Assembly (NCBI GenBank): GCA_964430885.1
Contig: CAYSHM010000004.1
Location: 134,036-198,035 of the forward strand
Source: an uncultured archaeon
GTDB taxonomy: Archaea > Thermoplasmatota > Penumbrarchaeia > JASLWR01
Length of the DNA: 64,000 nt
Reading direction: 5' to 3'
Within the stretch, counting starts at the first letter, position 1. Every line of letters begins with the position of its first letter. The notes under the pieces were generated by a model that saw nothing but the letters and a program-made list of their open reading frames with translations, was not told the DNA's origin and ran no database searches. A program made the position numbers and the translations under genes. Below, piece by piece: positions 10,218 to 18,929 of the stretch.

Positions 10218-10403
10218 AGCTTATTCAATTGATAATTTTTGGATTATAGAAGGCAGATGTAAGATATGTATTTAGTCCTATTATTTGTATTTCAAATTAT
10301 CAATTATATGAAACCTGAATGTATAGTTTTTCATAGACGTGCAGATTTGTATCTGCATTGTTTCGATGTATTTCGTACAAGAGGTCTATGAGGTGTTTGT
10401 AAA

Positions 10404-10838
10404 ATGAAAATGATAAGCAGGGCTTTTAAACACGGCGGGATGATACCCCGCAAATATACCTGTCAAGGAGATGACATCAATCCTGACCTCCACTGGGCCG
10501 GAGTGCCGAAAGGAACTCGGAGCTTTGCCCTTATCGTAGATGATCCCGATGCACCCCTGGGGACCTGGGTTCATTGGCTTGTGTGCAATATTCCTCCAGA
10601 TGCAAGGCATATATCTGAGGATTCAGTCCCGCCCCAAGCAGTTCAGGTAAAGAACGATTTCAGAAAGGAGAACTGGGGCGGGCCATGTCCTCCCAGCGGT
10701 ACCCACCGATATTTTTTAAAACTCTACGCTTTGGATACTGACAGGATAAATTCAGGCAACAAGAGATCCTTTTACGCAAAGGTGAATAAACATGCAATTG
10801 CCGAGACAGTGATGATGGGCAGATACAAGAAGACATGA
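10404..10838 (+). CDS. YbhB/YbcL family (PEBP / Raf kinase inhibitor-like) protein
   Basis: DDPDAP, WVHW, GGPCPPSGTHRY, LYALD; SD GAGGTG. Confidence 0.95.
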   Translation: MKMISRAFKHGGMIPRKYTCQGDDINPDLHWAGVPKGTRSFALIVDDPDAPLGTWVHWLVCNIPPDARHISEDSVPPQAVQVKNDFRKENWGGPCPPSGTHRYFLKLYALDTDRINSGNKRSFYAKVNKHAIAETVMMGRYKKT

Positions 10839-10875
10839 AAATCATCGCCCATGCTAGTTAGCTCGGTAAAAAAAG

Positions 10876-11005
10876 TGAGCACGGAGGGATTTGAACCCCC
10901 GATCTACAGGTATCTCCTGCTTTGCTGTAGGACAATGTGGCGTGAAGCTGCCCCATTTAGGACCAACCGAAGCCTGTCGCATTATCCGAGCTATGCTACG
11001 TGCCC
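10876..11005 (-). tRNA. tRNA-Arg(TCG) with a 55-nt intron (10912-10966) at position 37/38
   Basis: Acceptor GGGCACG/CGTGCTC, D-stem GCAT/ATGC with A20, anticodon stem ACAGG/CCTGT, T-loop TTCAAAT. BHB: CTTC pairs with intron GGAG, bulges GG|T and AT|A. Spliced length 75 nt. Confidence 0.9.
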
Positions 11006-11135
11006 ACGATTTAACGGGTTTACGAATGAAATTGTGGGAACGTTTGTGACATTAATATGTAACATTACGTGCCCTCGTACACCCAATTTACAACCGAAGC
11101 TAATTCCTTATATTAGTAATTATATTTTACCCGCC

Positions 11136-12146
11136 CTATAGTTGATATCGATAGTCATCTGATACCTTTTGATACTCGTTTAGAGGGGATTCACCCATTA
11201 GTTCTCTTATCTGCGGAAGGTAACCTTCGCACCATCTAGAAGCCCATTTTTCCTTGAAGCTCATACTAGCGTTTGACCCGCTTCTTTTATGATTGTAAAG
11301 TAATGCGAAGAACAGTTTTTCCCATTCATTCTGATTGCTTACATCGATATTCGAAATCTTTTCCTCGCCGACCGGATGGCGGATTATTAGATAATCATAC
11401 CTGGATCTATGGCCGTGATGGGTATCGAATATTATACTGGAAACCGAGTCCCATCTTATTGAATATTCAGTCTTGCCCCTTTTCCTCTTGATTTCTCTGA
11501 GCCCTACGATTATCTCATTATGCATTACCCATTTCTTCCAGAGGACCACACCTAATACGATGAACAATATGCCTGTAAATCCAAGATACGAAAGGGCTTG
11601 GAATACATCTCCCCAATATCCCCATTCATTATAGACTACATAGGCACTTAAAAGCAGTGAAGCTCCTCCGAAAGCCAGTATGAATCCAACTAGGATGGTT
11701 TTCCAGGATTTGGATATGACCACCTTATAATCATTAGGGAAGTTCTTTATTATTAGTACCGACCGCCCCAATGCTACATAGAACGAGATGACATATCCCA
11801 CCCACAGTAGAACAACTCCAAACATCAATAGAATACACAGCATATCCCCAAATGCGGTGATGGCCGATATCCAGGAAAACCCAATAGGTATAACGAGGCA
11901 TAGGATGATACATAATACCAGCCATAATTTCTGGTTCATATTCCGCCCGTCGCTTTTCATTTTTACAAATAAGAGAAATAAGGCAGTAATAAATATGGAG
12001 ATACCAGTTGACACAAATCCGAACAGTATAGGTCTTTCTCCACCATTTTCGTCCTCTTCCTCTTCATTCTGTCCGCTGACTGCATTCAATAGCAATGTGA
12101 AAACCAGGAAGATTGCAAATAGAATAATTAACTTCTTCAACCTCAT
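11136..12146 (-). CDS. membrane protein with signal peptide, about 5 TMs and a C-terminal bacterial-PH-like soluble domain (paralog 2)
   Basis: Collinear similarity to 12215-13186 (WKTI, NEIxVG, YSxxWD, FDTH, FFAxxYNH.RS.SNAS, GYxPQI). Confidence 0.8.
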   Translation of the reverse strand: MRLKKLIILFAIFLVFTLLLNAVSGQNEEEEDENGGERPILFGFVSTGISIFITALFLLFVKMKSDGRNMNQKLWLVLCIILCLVIPIGFSWISAITAFGDMLCILLMFGVVLLWVGYVISFYVALGRSVLIIKNFPNDYKVVISKSWKTILVGFILAFGGASLLLSAYVVYNEWGYWGDVFQALSYLGFTGILFIVLGVVLWKKWVMHNEIIVGLREIKRKRGKTEYSIRWDSVSSIIFDTHHGHRSRYDYLIIRHPVGEEKISNIDVSNQNEWEKLFFALLYNHKRSGSNASMSFKEKWASRWCEGYLPQIRELMGESPLNEYQKVSDDYRYQL

Positions 12147-12214
12147 ATTGTCCTACTTCCTATCTGCTAAGCTCAATAATATCAATTGAATAAATCTTTT
12201 TTTGATCAATCACA

Positions 12215-13186
12215 TCAGTAGTTCTCATTTTCCAATAAACGGTCAATTTGGGGGGCATATCCATTTGCCCATTTTCGGCCCCAGTCCGCTTCATATTGGA
12301 GGGATGCGTTCGAATCGCTCCGAGTGTGATTGTAGATTATAGCAAAGAAAAACATTTCAAATTCGTTGGGGTTTGTGATATCGGCACCTGATACGTCCAG
12401 TTTTCCGCTAATGTGATATATCCTTATTCTGTTATGGTGGGCGCGTCCCCACCAATGAGTATCAAATTTTATTTTATGTACGAGATCCCAGGGTACTGAA
12501 TAACTCCGATTGCCGGAAATTATTTTCATCTCCTTGGGGCCTACGGTTATCTCATTTCTTCTAACCCACCTGAACCAAATAATCACACCGCCAGCTAGTG
12601 TGCCTATACCTCCAGCTACAAAATATAGACCAGGGTACAAGGAATCTGACCAATTTTTCGCTTCCGCATAAACAAAATAGCATCCATAGATCAATGTGGC
12701 GGCACCCATTCCCAATATCACAAATGCAATTATAGTTTTCCATTTCTTTGGAATTACCACCCTGAATTCATCAGGGAAATCTTTAATGTACGCAACAGAA
12801 CCGCGGTATGCTTTGTCGAATATTCCAATAAATCCTGCAACCGATCCGAAAGCTCCGATATATAGAACAAAACAAAGCGCCCCTTCGCCATCTGTAAATA
12901 TTGATGACCAGAAGAATGATACAGGAAGTAAAAAACACATCAGAACGCAAAGCATCATCCAAAATTTACGTTTTAATGATCTATTTGAGCTTCTTTTTTT
13001 AACAAATATCAGCATAAAAGCTGTAAACAGCAGAAATATACCAGACCAAAATAAGTTTGCCAAGATAGGGTCCGTTTCATCTTCCTCCCCCTCATTTTTC
13101 AAATCCTGGCCCAAGACGGTGCATGATAGCAATACCGATATCAGTATGATTGTTGAAAACAGAATAATGAACCTATGGAATATCAT
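12215..13186 (-). CDS. membrane protein with signal peptide, about 5 TMs and a C-terminal bacterial-PH-like soluble domain (paralog 1)
   Basis: Tandem paralog of 11136-12146; SD GGGAG upstream. Confidence 0.8.
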   Translation of the reverse strand: MIFHRFIILFSTIILISVLLSCTVLGQDLKNEGEEDETDPILANLFWSGIFLLFTAFMLIFVKKRSSNRSLKRKFWMMLCVLMCFLLPVSFFWSSIFTDGEGALCFVLYIGAFGSVAGFIGIFDKAYRGSVAYIKDFPDEFRVVIPKKWKTIIAFVILGMGAATLIYGCYFVYAEAKNWSDSLYPGLYFVAGGIGTLAGGVIIWFRWVRRNEITVGPKEMKIISGNRSYSVPWDLVHKIKFDTHWWGRAHHNRIRIYHISGKLDVSGADITNPNEFEMFFFAIIYNHTRSDSNASLQYEADWGRKWANGYAPQIDRLLENENY

Positions 13187-13263
13187 CTGAACTCCCTTTT
13201 AGGAAGTTTACATGATTCTGATTGAATAAATCATTTGTGCACTAATAATATCAATCTTCACAG

Positions 13264-15711
13264 CTATTCCAAAAGGGTTTCTGAATAAATTTGGCATATT
13301 GTCTCGTACATGATATCCGCTGAACGCCATCTGTCTTCCTTGTTCTTAGCTAGAGCCTTTAAGATGATTCGAGATAATTCCACCGGAACCTTGGGGTTTA
13401 TGTCCGAAGCCGGCTCAGGTTTTTTATCGAGGACATTTTGTATTGCAACTACAGGGTCTTTATCCTTGAAAGGATGAACTCCGGCTGTAAGTTCGTAGAT
13501 GACAGTTCCTAGAAGGAATATATCCGTGCTCCAATCCACATCGCCATATTTTTCAGGGTCCAGCTGTTCCGGTGCACAGTAGGAAATGGTCTTACTCCCC
13601 TTTTTCAGTTTTCCTTCTTCACCACCGGCCATGAACTTTCCGATCCCCCAATCACTGATCTTTGCCATCCCATCCACAGTGAATAGAATATTCTCCGGTT
13701 TTATATCTCTGTGAACAGTTGCCATTCTATGTGCGTATGACACAGCATCTAAAAGAGATATCGATATCTTCAGACAACTTTCCATGTCGAGATGTTTGTT
13801 CTTGATAAGGTCCTTGAGATTCCCACCTTCCATCAGTTCCATGGCTATAAAGGGTACAGGTTCGGTTCCGCTTTTGTAGAACTCCACAATATTGGGATGT
13901 TTCAGCTTACCCCAGATAGTGGCTTCTCTTTCGAACTTATTGTATACCGACATGTCAAGTGTTTCATCCACCGCTTTAGGCATCTTAATGGCAGCTTTCC
14001 CATGTTCCAGACTTTTAGCACCGTAGACCTTGGCGAAACCACCTTCTCCAATTTCATGGGTCAGTGAATAATTCGGTATTATATTGGCAATATGCTTCTG
14101 TGCTGGCTCTTGCAGTCTTTTGGATTCCCCATGAAAGCCCGAAATTTTCTTTTCCTCCTCATCAAATTGATATGTCCCCATGAATCTAGTCTTCCTCTTT
14201 TGACTGATCTTGATGACTAGAACCACTAGGAAAACCACGAACAGTACCATGATGATATAGAAAACATAGTTGTTAAATTCTTTAAGCCAATCCCCATTAT
14301 CCCCTATTCCGTCTCCCATAGGCCAATCCTCATCCTTCCAATCACTTCCATCCTTTGGAAAATGATCTAGTGAAAGGCCGGTTGTGGATTCTTTTTCACT
14401 CCAACCACTGTTCCATTCATCAGGATACCCGTCGCCATCCGTATCCTTGCTGGCCGAAGGATCAATAGGAAATGCATCGAGTGCAAGGCCGGTTTGATTG
14501 ATATGGTAACTCAGCGAGGAAGGGAGCTGATTCCATTCATCCGGAAATCCGTCATCATCGGAATCTTTAGATGCTTCGGTGCGGTTGGGAAATGCATCCA
14601 GATACAACCCTGAGGTCGAATCATCCTGTCCTTTACCCTGATTCCAGACCTCAGGAAATCCATCATCATCATTATCCTTCGAAGCGGATATATCATTGGG
14701 GAATGCATCCTCTTCTAAGAGAAAACCGTCTTCATCGGGGTCCATATCCACCAGGATCATTGTTCCGTCTGAAAGTCCGAAGCAGCATTTATTTCCATCA
14801 GGGTGGATATCCGAACTATATACATCGGTCCCAGCCTTACCCAACTGATGCAGATGTTCCCTTCCTTCCAGATTCCATATGACCGCTCTTCCGTCCATCC
14901 CTCCTGATATCATATGTTCCCTTCTCCCCGCTATACAGCTTATGTCGGCGTCATGTAGGGTGAGCTCATCCTGCGTTGCCAGTGTTCGATTGTATATGTT
15001 AATTATACCATCTGTGGAGCCTGAAATGATCACATTTTCATCGAACCATAGAACGTCTACTACAGGCCCTTCATGGACATCCTCAACTACATCAAGGATT
15101 TTCGTACTGAGGTTATAGATGTAAATACTGCCGTCCTTATCTCCGCACACAATGCTGCTGTCATCGGGTGAGAAGCAGACTGAAATAGCCATGGTCTGCA
15201 GATCCACAGAATCGATCTGGCTCATAGCATCAGTGTCGTAGATGGACACCTTTCCGCTCCTTGTGGCTGCTGCAAATCTATTACCATCATTGGAGTAATC
15301 TACAGTGTCGATGCTCCCATACGGAAGAACTATGGATTCCTTCATCGCACCTGTAACAGTGTTGACGAGATAGAGGGTGGAATTACCCCCGCTCACGGCC
15401 TTGCTTCCGATCACTCCTTCAGTTCCATCGTTCATTATATCAAGTGAGAATAGTTCGCCGCCCAGTGAAACTGAGTTCCTTAAACTGCCGCCGTAATTAT
15501 ATATCTCCACGAAGCCGTCCACGGTAACTGCCATGATGTTCTCCTTGCCAGGGATGAAACATAAATCGTTTATACCCTCTCTATTCTCGGCGGTGATGGT
15601 GCTTGCAGAATAATAATTTTGTGTATCCTCGGCTGCCGAGGCTAATCCTGATAGGATGATTGCACCAAGTAATAGTAATGCAGTGAAAGCCGTTCGAATA
15701 GATATTCTCAT
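13264..15711 (-). CDS. receptor-like Ser/Thr protein kinase: signal peptide, WD40 propeller, Asp-rich Ca-binding repeats, TM, Hanks-type kinase
   Basis: IGEGGFAKVY, AIK, HRDIKPEN, DWG, APE, DIFLLG; WD40 units (SGSTDGIINIY, SGGMDGRAVIW); DAFP...ASKD.D.DG.P..WN repeats. Confidence 0.92.
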   Translation of the reverse strand: MRISIRTAFTALLLLGAIILSGLASAAEDTQNYYSASTITAENREGINDLCFIPGKENIMAVTVDGFVEIYNYGGSLRNSVSLGGELFSLDIMNDGTEGVIGSKAVSGGNSTLYLVNTVTGAMKESIVLPYGSIDTVDYSNDGNRFAAATRSGKVSIYDTDAMSQIDSVDLQTMAISVCFSPDDSSIVCGDKDGSIYIYNLSTKILDVVEDVHEGPVVDVLWFDENVIISGSTDGIINIYNRTLATQDELTLHDADISCIAGRREHMISGGMDGRAVIWNLEGREHLHQLGKAGTDVYSSDIHPDGNKCCFGLSDGTMILVDMDPDEDGFLLEEDAFPNDISASKDNDDDGFPEVWNQGKGQDDSTSGLYLDAFPNRTEASKDSDDDGFPDEWNQLPSSLSYHINQTGLALDAFPIDPSASKDTDGDGYPDEWNSGWSEKESTTGLSLDHFPKDGSDWKDEDWPMGDGIGDNGDWLKEFNNYVFYIIMVLFVVFLVVLVIKISQKRKTRFMGTYQFDEEEKKISGFHGESKRLQEPAQKHIANIIPNYSLTHEIGEGGFAKVYGAKSLEHGKAAIKMPKAVDETLDMSVYNKFEREATIWGKLKHPNIVEFYKSGTEPVPFIAMELMEGGNLKDLIKNKHLDMESCLKISISLLDAVSYAHRMATVHRDIKPENILFTVDGMAKISDWGIGKFMAGGEEGKLKKGSKTISYCAPEQLDPEKYGDVDWSTDIFLLGTVIYELTAGVHPFKDKDPVVAIQNVLDKKPEPASDINPKVPVELSRIILKALAKNKEDRWRSADIMYETICQIYSETLLE

Positions 15712-15725
15712 TTATTTCCTCCATT

Positions 15726-17738
15726 TCATTCCTTTCTTCTGGCATAAAGTACAATGATGATTATTATTACACTCAGGGTTACGGTAAGTACAAATAAAAT
15801 GCCGAAACCGCCCATGCCAGAACTATCTTCTTTTTCACTGCTATCTCCAGCACCTGCATGAGAGCTGTCATCATCTTCATAGTCGAACTTGCTTGAGCCG
15901 CCCTGGTTTCCACCAGCGGTTCCGGTATCATCATATGTGAGATCATTATCGTCATCCAGGTCTTCGGCGGTATTATCGGGCTCATCGTCATCTACCTCCC
16001 CCTCCTCCTTTTCCTCCTCCTTTACCACCAGTATCATGGTGGTGTACTCAGTGACTATCTGGTGTTCTATTGCTGTATCGATGAGTTCCTGTTCATAGAT
16101 GGAAGGGTCGTCCTCCATGAGCATCTTCTCCTCGCACCACCGAATATGCATGAATGCCCAGAAGGTTTCTATGAACTGATTTACCCTTTCTACCGAGAGG
16201 AAGCTTCCAGTAAAGTCCATGGATGAATTGCCGGCAGCCGAACCTGAACCCTGGAAAACAAGGTCATTTGCTGTGTTCTTAACCTTGCCTACAACGCAGT
16301 GTTCCTGCCCCTGGAACAGGTAGGGGGCATGCCGCTGATAAACGCTCATGGCATTCTCATATTTCAGTTCCAGATCGAATATAAGGGGGACTGAAATGGT
16401 GTCATAGAAAGAAGTGATCTGCTCGGACATGTCTTTGGAATCATCTATCCGGTAAGCTCTTGCGTAGTTCATGAAGGACAGCCGTTCCAGAAATTCGAAA
16501 TCCATGTCATAGCCGACACCTAGAGAAAAAATAGAGGTTCTGTCTGAATTCAGGTTCTTAATGTATTCACAGATTGCAGGAGCGGATGTAATGTTTCCTG
16601 CAGTCGGATTTCCGTCTGTCAGAAAAACAATTATCTTCATCCGCTCGTCAGTATCCACGAAAATTTCCAATCCCTGTTCCAGCGAATCGACTATGTTGGT
16701 ACCTCCCCCGGCATTAATAGTATTGATGTAGTCCTTAGCCTCTTGAATAGAGGTATTTGTGGGGTTTTGTATATTGTCTTTCCATACAGTGAAATCGTTA
16801 GAGAAAGAAATAATGTTGAACCTATCATATTCCAAAGATAGCTGGTCAACAATAACACCGAAGGCTGATTTGGTCTGATCCATCTTATCCCCCTGCATGG
16901 AACCTGAACGATCAACGATAAAGACAATGTCCTTCTTAAGAGGTTTTCCCCCCAGCTCGTTCAGACCAGGAGCGAAAGTATGGACGAAATATCTATTTTC
17001 CTCTTCTTCGTGGAACAGTATGGTACCGTTGGTCTGAGTATCCATGGTTTCGAATTTCACTCCCGCCGCTTGATCTAGTTTATCATTTGACAGCTGTACG
17101 TCAAGTGAAAATCTTTTTGATCCTTTATAATTGATGAGATTCCTATCCAAATTTATTGTCCCATCAGAAATAATCATAGTACTTGACTCTACATTGAAGC
17201 TTAACTCAGCCCCTATTTTTGTAAACTCGGGCAGATGGTTAGACGGGGTTATACTGAACTCAAATCCGCCCAGTTCTTTAACGAGGAACATGTTGTATGT
17301 ATAGGATAAATCCATCATCTTGCCCGGTTCAAGGTTCAGAGTCATTGAAAAACGGCTCACAGATAGTTTTTCAAGTTTTATTGCACTCTTACTCTGATTC
17401 ACGGCCTCTTCGTATTCCAGCTGGGCTTGTTTTGCTTCTTTTACTTCTCCATAGTAGGTCGAATTATTATATTTCAGGGTGAGATTTGTTAAAAATGCTT
17501 CATCGGGGATGTCCATATTATATTCAAATTCCCGAGAGGTAGACCCGCCGTTCTTCAAGGTTAGACTTGTAGTCACCGTCACGAAGGAATTGCTGATATC
17601 GACAGCAATTATCGGAGTACTTACAGTGATGTCGGATGCTCTTCCATTGTCTCTTTGTCCCTGACTAGTAGGTATCACCGCAAGGAACAGCAAGAGGACA
17701 AATAGAAGTCCGAAATTTTTTCTGATGTTTTTTTTCAT
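15726..17738 (-). CDS. VIT + vWA domain surface protein (inter-alpha-trypsin-inhibitor heavy-chain-like), C-terminal TM
   Basis: Signal peptide MKKNIRK (SD GGAGG); VIT YYGEVKEAKQA..EYEEAV; MIDAS DRSGS, GGTNI, FLTDG; acidic linker, TM, RRKE. Confidence 0.9.
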   Translation of the reverse strand: MKKNIRKNFGLLFVLLLFLAVIPTSQGQRDNGRASDITVSTPIIAVDISNSFVTVTTSLTLKNGGSTSREFEYNMDIPDEAFLTNLTLKYNNSTYYGEVKEAKQAQLEYEEAVNQSKSAIKLEKLSVSRFSMTLNLEPGKMMDLSYTYNMFLVKELGGFEFSITPSNHLPEFTKIGAELSFNVESSTMIISDGTINLDRNLINYKGSKRFSLDVQLSNDKLDQAAGVKFETMDTQTNGTILFHEEEENRYFVHTFAPGLNELGGKPLKKDIVFIVDRSGSMQGDKMDQTKSAFGVIVDQLSLEYDRFNIISFSNDFTVWKDNIQNPTNTSIQEAKDYINTINAGGGTNIVDSLEQGLEIFVDTDERMKIIVFLTDGNPTAGNITSAPAICEYIKNLNSDRTSIFSLGVGYDMDFEFLERLSFMNYARAYRIDDSKDMSEQITSFYDTISVPLIFDLELKYENAMSVYQRHAPYLFQGQEHCVVGKVKNTANDLVFQGSGSAAGNSSMDFTGSFLSVERVNQFIETFWAFMHIRWCEEKMLMEDDPSIYEQELIDTAIEHQIVTEYTTMILVVKEEEKEEGEVDDDEPDNTAEDLDDDNDLTYDDTGTAGGNQGGSSKFDYEDDDSSHAGAGDSSEKEDSSGMGGFGILFVLTVTLSVIIIIIVLYARRKE

Positions 17739-17879
17739 AATATTTCCTCCATATCCCAAATAGGATAAAAGTGTATATTTATTAAATGTGATTCATTATT
17801 ATAAATGTATTTTGGTACGTCCGTGGGATTATTATATAAAAATTTTGGAAATAAGGGAAGAACCGCTCTTATTATCCTT

Positions 17880-18848
17880 TCAGAAAGTAATTTGACGGCC
17901 CTTGGTTTTATTACCTTTCTTTTTCTTGTTGAAATAAATGACTGGCACCCAAAACAACAAGTTCCATATGACAAAGAGTACCGTGCCCAGATATGTATGT
18001 ACGAAGGCCATAGCCTCCATTCCATATCTCATAGCAATAAGTACCAGGATGGTCAATCTGATCATGTTTGCCGAATATCCGATTATTATACCAAGGGCCG
18101 CTAATGGCAGACCTTTTCTAATGCTGTACCTTGAGGCTACCATATAGGATATCATCACTGCTAGGAATGTCGCTATTGAGAAATATCCTGAACACGGGGG
18201 GCCGATGTAGAGGGAAGTTGGTCCCGAAGGTGCGGTGAAGAATAATACCTGTTTATGCCTAGCTATATCAAGTCCCAGTATGCCGAGCCATTTGGTCAGG
18301 GGCCCCACGGTGAATCGGATGTTCATGGTGGAGCGGAAAGCTCCTGATGGAAAAACGATCACAGATGTCTTGTGTGCTATCACCACACCTAGTACGAATA
18401 TCGCAAAGAAAATAAGTAGGAATCTGCTCTCCCAACTGAACTTCCGCTCCAGAATGGGGTATGCCGTTATAAATGATCCGAAGGCCAGAAGTACCAGGTC
18501 ATAATTATTGAAGGCCGATTCACCTTTAGGAGTTGACAGAGTAAGAAGAAGGGTTACTAAGAGGATTATTATGCCCAGAATGGGGAAATATATGCTCCTT
18601 TGCCTCTTTTCAGCACGTTTTTTACCCTCAACTTCGTTTCCTTTTCCTGATCCGAATCTTTTATTAATGAACCTATACGCTACCTGCACCTTGTCTTTTG
18701 TTCCCCAAATGCTGAGGCCGATTCCCAGCGCCATCATCAGCGGCCCTATGATCCATTTGAATGGAGTATGAGAATACACTACCATTTCCCTCATTCCAAC
18801 TCCCGAGAGGAGCAGCCCCGCTATCACCCTAAATCTCATATGCTCCAC
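17880..18848 (-). CDS. artC: archaeosortase/exosortase family protein, probably archaeosortase C
   Basis: About 8 TMs; catalytic-type residues PPCSG (Cys), NMIRL (Arg), VHTYLG (His); abuts a PEF-CTERM gene. Start is GTG 18848 or ATG 18839. Confidence 0.8.
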   Translation of the reverse strand: MEHMRFRVIAGLLLSGVGMREMVVYSHTPFKWIIGPLMMALGIGLSIWGTKDKVQVAYRFINKRFGSGKGNEVEGKKRAEKRQRSIYFPILGIIILLVTLLLTLSTPKGESAFNNYDLVLLAFGSFITAYPILERKFSWESRFLLIFFAIFVLGVVIAHKTSVIVFPSGAFRSTMNIRFTVGPLTKWLGILGLDIARHKQVLFFTAPSGPTSLYIGPPCSGYFSIATFLAVMISYMVASRYSIRKGLPLAALGIIIGYSANMIRLTILVLIAMRYGMEAMAFVHTYLGTVLFVIWNLLFWVPVIYFNKKKKGNKTKGRQITF

Positions 18849-18929
18849 CTAATCCTTGATCCTTCTTCTTACGATTATCACCAGTCCCGCAAGAAGTATG
18901 GCGGGCAGCGCGAACCAGGGGAATTCAGG
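18849..18929 (-). other. PEF-CTERM sorting signal (coding)
   Basis: PEF tripeptide, hydrophobic helix and RRR at the extreme C-terminus. Confidence 0.85.

Noticed and set aside
10876-11005. Reading the intron-containing tRNA as tRNA-Trp with a C/D guide intron
   Set aside because: The anticodon reads TCG, the Arg identity base A20 is present, and no C/D boxes are found.
10851-11141. 96-aa ORF on the + strand
   Set aside because: It lies antisense across the tRNA-Arg gene and is spurious. The same applies to 22992-23258 over tRNA-Gly.
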